DNA of 64,000 bases from contig OX597814.1 of the NCBI GenBank assembly GCA_951406725.2, positions 43,958,001 through 44,022,000 on the forward strand, read 5' to 3'. A program made the translations under genes and the position numbers. Below are positions 55,184-64,000 of the stretch, piece by piece (within the stretch, counting starts at the first letter, position 1; each line of letters begins with the position of its first letter). Under the pieces are notes generated by a model. The model was not told where the DNA came from. It worked only from the letters and a program-made list of their open reading frames with translations, and made no database searches. This DNA is from Octopus vulgaris (taxonomy: Eukaryota).

Positions 55184-56069
55184 CACAGCATACATACAAA
55201 AAGTTCCCGTTACAGAAGGACTCAGTCTAACAGGTGAGAAGGTAGTATATATTATATGCCTTAAAGAAAGAGAAGAGATTAATATAATATCATAGGGCAT
55301 TGAAGAGAAAAAGATTAGGAAAAAATGGAAGCAGAAGAAACATGCATTTATAAATATATTCTAATAATAATTCCACAATCCAACTTAGGGGGAACAGGTA
55401 GTGTATATTTGTATCTTAAAAAATGAAAAGAAGAGATTAATATAAAATTAAAAGATATTGAGGAGAAAAAGAGAAACGAAAAAAGAAGAGAAACACTCAT
55501 GTATATATAAATATATAGTAATGTCATATATCATACTTATCTATAAAGCTGCAATACAAAAACTTGAAGTTATAAAGTTTAATTCAAGTAGAAGCAAACA
55601 GTGGAAAAATATGTCTGAACCGAAGTTATCAGAAAGGAATAAATAATTTCTAAATATAACAATAATAATAACTAATTGGTTATGTTTATAATTATAATGC
55701 ACTAAAGCTTAATTAAATAAATGAATAAATAGCAAATCCAGAATAATATGGAAAGACAAAACTACATCCGTTCATCCCTTAAGAAAATTTATTTCAAGCC
55801 TTTAAGGTATAATACATCAATAATAAACTTTTAGATAGGAAAGAATTTTAAAAGATTTATAATTTCTGATATACCGCATTCTGTTAAATAAACCAGAAGT
55901 AAATATGTTATGAAGCATGCTTAAGGGGCTTAGATAATATTAATAAAATAATAATTATGTAAGAGAAAATAATTATATATAAATAAATTAATTGAAATAA
56001 TATAAATTTAAATAAATCACAAGGAATTGCGTAAAATGCCTTCATGCATAGCAGGGATGTAGTGAAAAA

Positions 56070-56590
56070 TATATATAAAGGCAGCTAAGCCGGAATAAAT
56101 TTTAAAAGAGCATCTCTTAAAATACAATTAGAGGTAATGAGAATTTACTTATGTATTTAAACAGGGAATCAGGAATCTGGTCAATGTGCTATTAACTTGG
56201 TACATTTTAGTACTAAATAATATGAAATAATATGACTAATTGCAGTATTAATAATGCCAAATACTAAGACTAGTGGAGAAATAAGCTATATTAAACAGCG
56301 AAAATAAAATACGTCATTCATATTTATGTACACACACACATTTATATATATAAAGACAGCTAAGCCGGAACAAATGTAAACGGGCATATCTTAAAATACC
56401 ATCAGAGGTAACGATGATTTATCTATGTATTTAAGCAGCGAGTTAGGAATCAGCTCAATAAGCTATTAACTTGACACATTTTAGTACTAAATATTATGAA
56501 ATAAGAAGACTAATTTTAGTACTAATAATACGAAATAATAAGACTAGTGCAGAAATAAGCCTAATTATACAACAGAAATAAAATACGTAT
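56070..56590. repeat. Diverged direct duplication of a ~260-bp unit
   Basis: cagctaagccggaa..cttaaaatac..gctattaactt..cattttagtactaaata..taagactagtg..gaaataagc occurs twice. Confidence 0.85.
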
Positions 56591-56629
56591 ATATATATAT
56601 ATGTATGTATATATATATACATATACATT

Positions 56630-56683
<54 letters not shown>

Positions 56684-56773
56684 ATGGAGAAATAAGCTTA
56701 ATTATACATCAGAAATAAAATACATCAGAAATAAAATACATCAGAAATATTAATACATACACACACACACACG

Positions 56774-56818
<45 letters not shown>

Positions 56819-56849
56819 GTGATATATACATGTGATCTCTTGAGCACCA

Positions 56850-57040
56850 CCAGCAAAAATATTTTTTTTCCTCTGTCTTCCCTTCTCGGGATCTTTCCTT
56901 CTCCTTTGTTTCCGACGAAGAGCTCCGCTCGAAACGTTAAGCCCTCCTTCCCTTCTTTCCTGAGCGTCAAATAATACTTTAATTGTTCCACGTCCTCGCG
57001 TTGCTGTGTTTTTTTCTGTGTTTTCTTGTTTGGATTAACT
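56850..57040 (+). mobile_element. PLE pLTR-like short repeat with HHR-like motif next to (TA)n
   Basis: CCGACGA-a-gagc-tcc-gctc-GAAA-cgtt at 56912-56938. Confidence 0.55.
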
Positions 57041-57051
57041 ATATATATATA

Positions 57052-57147
<96 letters not shown>

Positions 57148-57938
57148 CATATATATAAACATAAATATAATATAATGTACGAAAATAAGGAGAAATCTTG
57201 TGGAATATAATATTATTATCAATAGAGATTAGGATAAGAGATAGAAAATAAGGTATTTAACCAGGTTAAAACTAGGTTAACACCAAAGAGTTACATAACA
57301 TATGTGGAAATACGAACATATATCTGAGAAATTAATAATATGAATTGAGAACTTATTAAAGGTAAATAATTACGTTATTTAATATTAAAAAGAAATAGAG
57401 AATGGAGACCATAAATCCATATAACATACACATAGGCATTAAGGACAATTACTCATATCTATTTGGGGTTTAGTATTTCCCATTTTAAATCATACTGCAT
57501 ATTATTATGTTTTAGCTCCCAAGTAAATTTACTCCGACCAGTGGAACTAGATCTACATCTATTTGTGAAGGAATAGATGTGAGAGGCTAAATGTTTCTTA
57601 ATCTCATTGTGTCGCACCTATATAACAACTCTCCATTCCCTGTTGCGTTACTGTATATTGATATACTACACTATTTCTGAGGAGTGGCAGACACAACCCT
57701 AAACCAGGACTGGTCTACTGGTCCCGTCGCTAGGAGATGGTAGGGGTCCGCTCCCCTGCTCGTAATTGCATCGGATGCAACTGTGCATCGTTAACCAACT
57801 AGAGGAGATGTCCTTTTGGGGTTAAAAAATCGCATTAGAGTCCGGTCGAAAAGACAGCCATATTAAAGTGGTTACGAATATTACTTGTCAGTACAACTAC
57901 TGTGTTGATCTCTTAGAGAGATTTAGAACTAGCATTTT

Positions 57939-58125
<187 letters not shown>

Positions 58126-59202
58126 ACTTACACACATTGCTTATGTATTTATCAGCATAAATACACACATAATGTATAGCTAAATAGGCGACCAAAATAT
58201 TTGCGCGTAGTACAGGAATGCTTCTAAACATTGTCGTTCCTTACAACTGCTACGTTTTATAATATAAACACAATGGATTAATTAAGCACTGTATCGAGAA
58301 GTTGAAGTGTACTTACAGGAAACCACTCCAGTTGCCTTGAGTCTGATGCAGAATTAGAAACACCTATTTTCGTGATTTTAGAGAACTCACATGTGCTGTT
58401 TCAAGTGCTGGCCTTTAAAATGTTTTGTTTCCTAACAAGCATTTCAAGGCAAGTCGTAAAGAACTTATATATTTATGAATTCTCACTCTATCACTTTATA
58501 TTGTAGAAACACTCCGTGTCAACATGTGTCTTTAGAATGCATAGAAAAACCTATTCAATTTGAAGGATTTATCATTCGCTTGCGATAGAAAATTCTGTAT
58601 TTATTAAAGCAAACTTGGAAGGCTAAGCTAATGCCATATCATATGATCTGTGTTGGCGTTGAAACTATGATGTATGTAAATCAATATACATAGTTGAAAC
58701 AGCATAGGGGTAAAATAACGATATCTATATAAGTTACAAATGTATACACAAATATGTGTACTTTTATAATGTCTATATATTATAAATGATAAATACATAT
58801 CGATATTCGAGTCTATGTTGAACAATGGAAGCATCAAGAACAGACTTGTGCAACGGTGGTCGAGCTAACTATGAACGGTAGTAAACTAACTACATATAAC
58901 ATATTCAAACATAAAACACTGTTTGAAAGGCTTAAATTTGCAACAAAACACATAGGTTTTCCTAACCAAAATGAGCGGATCTGCAATGTCTAAGCAATTG
59001 GCTGGTTTTGTTAGCAATCAGCATGCAGCTGATTAGTCCAAAATCAGTGTTATACTAAATACTTTTTGTGACAAAGCTACAGATAACGTAACAAATAGTC
59101 TGCAACAACATCCCACAGAACTCGTCATTTTTAGTAGGCTAACAAGAATGTAACAGGCACCGGATGCCTACATCAATAGACCATTTGATTACACGTGGAA
59201 AC

Positions 59203-59774
59203 TATTGGGTTGTCCGGAAAGTTCGTGCCGATTTATAGTAGCTTACCTTCCGACTTATTTTAGAACATGGTTGAGTCCATAATATAGGGTTTGACTGCAC
59301 TTCAATTTAGAGCATAGTTTAAGCTATCTTTTCGTGGAAGAAGGCTTATGTTCCTATAACCTGGTGTTAATTCTGTAACCATTTAAAAGGGAAGATAAGA
59401 AACTTCATTTTGGGTACTTGGTGCTTCGTGAACCAGACGAAAATTGCTGCAGCTCGGCTGGGATATGTTACCTCACCCTCCATATTCACCAGATATTGCT
59501 CCTTCGGATTTCCACTTATTCAGGTCTCTGCAGAATAGTCTTGATGGTAAAAATTTCAATTCCTTGGATGACGTAAAAAGATTCCTTGATGAATTCTTTG
59601 CCATGAAATCCCCTCAATTCTGGGAAGAGGGTTTTTTTCAAGTTAAAGGAAAGATGGAGACGCATTGTGCAACAAAATGGTTCATATTTGGTTGATTAAA
59701 AATATAATGGCAAGTATTTATTGACCTTTATCTTTCCTTTAAAATTCGGCATGAACTTTCCGGACTACCTAATA
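59203..59774 (+). mobile_element. Internally deleted mariner (~570 bp) with both TIRs
   Basis: TIRs ttgggttgtccggaaagttcgtgccga / tcggcatgaactttccggactacctaa with flanking TA; WDMLPHPPYSPDIAPSDFHLFRSLQNSL. Confidence 0.92.
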
Positions 59775-61269
59775 GTTCGAGTGTATGGCTCATCCTAATC
59801 ATATCCTTACTGATTCAGGCAAAATTTACAACACTTCATTCTAATAAATGGTATAATACATAAAGGATGGATGGGATTCCCTTTTGTTATTACAGCTGGA
59901 AATTAGAAAAATTGCGAAAGCATTGATAGATTGGAAGATAATGTTGCGTGGCAAATAGAAATTGATGGTGAGGAAACAATGTAAGTGAAAATTGATTGCC
60001 AGTGATATTAATTTAGTTTAATAATATGCTGTAGGAGTTGATATTGACTAAATTAAATCAAAATTTATCAAAATGTTCTATTTTTCATACTTCTTCCATG
60101 TAGTAATAGCAAAAACGCATATCATGTATACATACTGACTTTTCAGCAAATTAAAGTTCGAAAGAAGTACTGCAGAATATGCATGGTGGGAGTACACGCG
60201 CATTTTACGCGAGAAACGGGTGCATACATACATACATACATACACACACACACATATACGCGCGTGTACGTGTGTGTGGATATGTATGTGTATGTGTCGC
60301 TGTGTGTATAGAAGCATACATACACACATGCACGCACAAGCAAGACGAAAACACTTACTACTGAAAATACATGGAATAAAGGGAATGGGTTTATCCATGC
60401 TTGCACCCGTTTCTTCATGACCTTAACAATTTTATTCATCTCTCATTTCTCGCACAAACATATTTGGTTTTCTCTATCTATGAGGCATATTATTTTCTCT
60501 AAATACATTTGACTACACTATTCCACCTCTGTCTCTCGTTCCGTCTATCCTGTTCTCTCTCTGTCTCTCTCTCTCTCTCTCTCTTTCCCTTTCTTCTCTC
60601 CTACAATCTTTCGAATTACCATTTTCACTTCTATCTTTCTCTCACTATTACATCTTCTCATCTCTCTTCTTGCTTCTCACTTCTTCCTTCTCTCTTCTTG
60701 CTTCTCACACTCTCTTCCTTTCTTGTGTCTTGTTCCTATTGATATCCACACCTTTATGTCAGTCTTTTGTCTCCTGTGTATGATCACGTATCCAGTATTT
60801 CTCCCTTCAAGTTGTACACACAGACGAAAATTTGTATATTTTTCTCCTGCGGAAATATTTTCCTTGTTTGTCTCTTCCATATGTCTCAAAACGCATTTGA
60901 TTACACACTCTTTCTGTTTTTCGCATTGCCTTTTGTCACTGTTCTATGCATCTGTTTTTAGTCGTAAGACTTTCCCAATTCATTGTGATTTCAGTCACAA
61001 GATTTGTGACATTTTATTTGTTCGGTTGAACCCTGGACACTTCTCAGAAGAATGATGTTGACATTTTTCAAGCGCTGAACTCATAATAATTCTAGATAAA
61101 ATGTTGGCTGATAACTGGATTTAGCTTTAATTGTTGTACAAATCCTCGTATGTATGTCATTATTCAATTTTATTTCAAGATTTCTTGCCAATAGAGAAAG
61201 TTCTAGATTCTAACCTAGATCCAAGCCTCCTAGATTGGAATTTCATTAACAATAGGATATTTTTGGTTA

Positions 61270-62630
61270 TATGTATGTATATGTGTAGATTTCTATGTTT
61301 TGTTTTACATATATATTTCCATGCATATAATTGCATATCAAGACATGCTCATATATACTTGAATGATAAACTTCTGAAATGTTCTACAGATTTTTTACAG
61401 TTCCAATGATGGATTGGATCTGTAGTCTACAAATTAGCTTTCTCCTTTCTGCTGTTGAAAATCCTCATTCTTAAAGATTGGTATTTAGGCAGTATGTTAC
61501 ATATCCAAGGGCCCCAATAATTACAGGTATCAATCCGAACTTCGTATCTGGATAGAGTAGCTGCAGATTTCCCAATAGTTCAGCGTAGATTTTCTCTTTT
61601 TCACTTACCTTTAGCTTTATGTTAACATCCGCTGAGCAGCTAATCTCTACAACTGTGCACAATTTCTCTTCTCAATCCCAAAATCTTTATATCAGGTCTG
61701 TTGTGTTTCCATTTTTTTGATGTTTTCACTAGTACATTCCACCAGTACTCCTGCTTAACATGAGTGGCTATGGCATCTACCATACTTTGGGTTCTTATGT
61801 CTTCGTCCTCGGGTTATCCTTCTGACGGATTTCATAACAGAGTGTCCTAGCTACACTATTATGTCTTATCGGTTGATAATACCATAATAACATTTTCGGA
61901 CAACTGCTTATGTTGTGACTGATATCTTCGGTGTTAACTCTACAAAGTATGCATAGCTTGTCACATTTTACTGCTTTTCCCCCATTTCAGTCTGTTTTGT
62001 GCACCAGTTATTTGGTTGATATTTGTTGTTCGTGGATTGCAAAAGCATACCCTTCAAAGTTGGAGGTAGTACTCCGGTTATTTATCTATGATAGGCTACT
62101 TTGATGATCAATACTACTTTCATCTCGTAGCTTTCTACTAATATATCCATGCATAGTCTTCTGCTCATACAGGTTCATCTCTTCATCTGATGATACGTTG
62201 CGGTGTAATCGTTCGACTTCTTTGGGTATGTATTCTAGGTTACCATACAAGGAATGTAGCTCAAGGTGCTGCTTTCCAAGTCTTATGATGTTATCAGCTT
62301 CATGTATGCAAATTTGGTCAAGCGTGCACTTCGGCACTTGGTGGTTAAAAGATGTTGCCGAAGGGATATAATACAACATTCAAAGACATTTTTGTTCAAT
62401 GTTAAGCATCTTCTACCTCGTTTTCGTTCTAGGCAGAGGCGTTTATGTGGAAATTATGTGCTTCTTAGTATTTTGGGGGTTTTCACATCATTGGCGCGGA
62501 TCTCATCAAGCGTCCAGTCAAGCAGACCCGATGATGGTATGAGTTTGGCACCATAAACACATTGTGTGGCATTGTTTTATTGAATGCAACGAGTTCTGAG
62601 GACCAGATTTCCTTTATTCGGCTGTAATAT
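61270..62630 (-). mobile_element. R4/Dong-type LINE 3' part, same family as 49280-50250
   Basis: YEQKTMHGYI..FEGYAFAI..EISCSADVNIKLK..LIPVIIGALG; shares its 3' UTR with the 49.3-kb copy. Confidence 0.85.
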
Positions 62631-63465
62631 TCTTTTTAGCGAATAAAATAATTTGCTAGGCGAAGTCTTCTTCAGCAGGTACACCTTAGATTAAATATAT
62701 ATACACGAAGCAATCCAGTATATGCCCCGTGCTTATACATTCTAATCTTTCAAATCTACCACGCAAGCGCATCTCCTTATCGGCAGTAAATAAAAAATGC
62801 CGGCTTTTCAATTCGAAATATAAATTAAATAATGAGGGTAGAAATTGATATTAATCAATTAAAATCAGTGGCTTAGCCTATTTTAAGATATCCGAAGATT
62901 AAAAATTATATTAAAAATTACCACGAAGAATGAGCTAATCAAGAAAAAATTTCACTACAACGCCAAAATGTAAAAATAAGCAAGACAAATGAAAATATGG
63001 TAATGGCGATTTGACGTCTATATTTAGCGTATTAGGAGTCCACTTTAGTTGTCATTCTTCTTAATTTTGTATAAATATATATGCAGGTATGTATTTGTGA
63101 ATGTGTGTGTGTACGCATATATGTATATATCTTTGGGACATTGATAATAGAAATTTACTCATTACATGAAGAACGAAGAAATATTTAACGCTAATTGTAG
63201 ATTTAGAGTTTTTAAATCCTGACATGAAGTGTCATATTCTGAAATACCGAATAATCGTCAGACGAACATAGAGTTGCTCAAAGCGAATAACGTAGCTTTT
63301 GCTATAAATTGATGACAGTCTTCAGAGACATATATCGTAATGTGTTTATAATTTTCTCAGCTAATAGAGAAGATAATTTGAGACAGTTTATAAATACATG
63401 GATTGTTAAAATTGTGCACCTGCACAATTTTAACACCAACATTCTCGAGCGTACAAAATATATTA

Positions 63466-63505
63466 AGGAGGAGGAGGAGGAGGACAAGAACAGAAGAACA
63501 AGAAC

Positions 63506-63563
<58 letters not shown>

Positions 63564-63615
63564 TGCTGCTGTTGTTGTTGTGGTGGTGGTAGTAGTAGTA
63601 GTTGTTGTTGTGGCG

Positions 63616-63655
<40 letters not shown>

Positions 63656-63659
63656 CAGC

Positions 63660-63734
<75 letters not shown>
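63466..63734. repeat. Compound microsatellite (GAG)n(AGT)n(GTT)n
   Basis: Directly visible. Confidence 0.95.
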
Positions 63735-63735
<1 letters not shown>

Positions 63736-64000
63736 TATTTATAATTACATTTATAACACTCTGACGGGAGTCAGTTGTTCTTAATACCTGACCTCGGTCG
63801 ATAAATATCAAACAGTTTGTGAGTGGTAAGACGCTGGTGTGGAAATCTTAGGCCAGACAGATTTCTTAGCCTTGGCAATAACCTATCTGAAAACAGGGTG
63901 TCAGTAAATCCAGTAACAACTGAGTGATCAGATTTATGTCAAGAGCATGAGGACCGTTTTATCTCTGGATAGTAAACCTCATACAGATGTTGTGCCGAAA

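Overview
AT-rich, microsatellite-saturated animal DNA with no recognisable host exon, so it is probably intergenic or deep intronic. The SINE fragments and (TA)n/(TG)n/(AAT)n landscape resemble an octopus (coleoid cephalopod) genome; this is inferred from recall, not tested. Almost all long ORFs in the track are microsatellite artefacts. Real coding remnants are all decayed transposons: Penelope-like elements (PLE; RT and GIY-YIG pieces), several R4/Dong-type RLE LINEs (all on the minus strand), RTE and CR1 3' ends, mariner elements and MITEs, and a Chapaev3-like transposase. The most interesting signal is non-coding. At least seven type I hammerhead-ribozyme (HHR)-like motifs are present, most with palindromic stem III. 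They include a ~355-nt HHR monomer repeated in tandem and inverted (retrozyme-like) inside a PLE RT gene, and a tRNA-promoter-headed SINE carrying an intact HHR. Recurrent 45-240 bp fold-back inverted repeats accompany them. Together these suggest several HHR-bearing non-autonomous families mobilised by PLEs.
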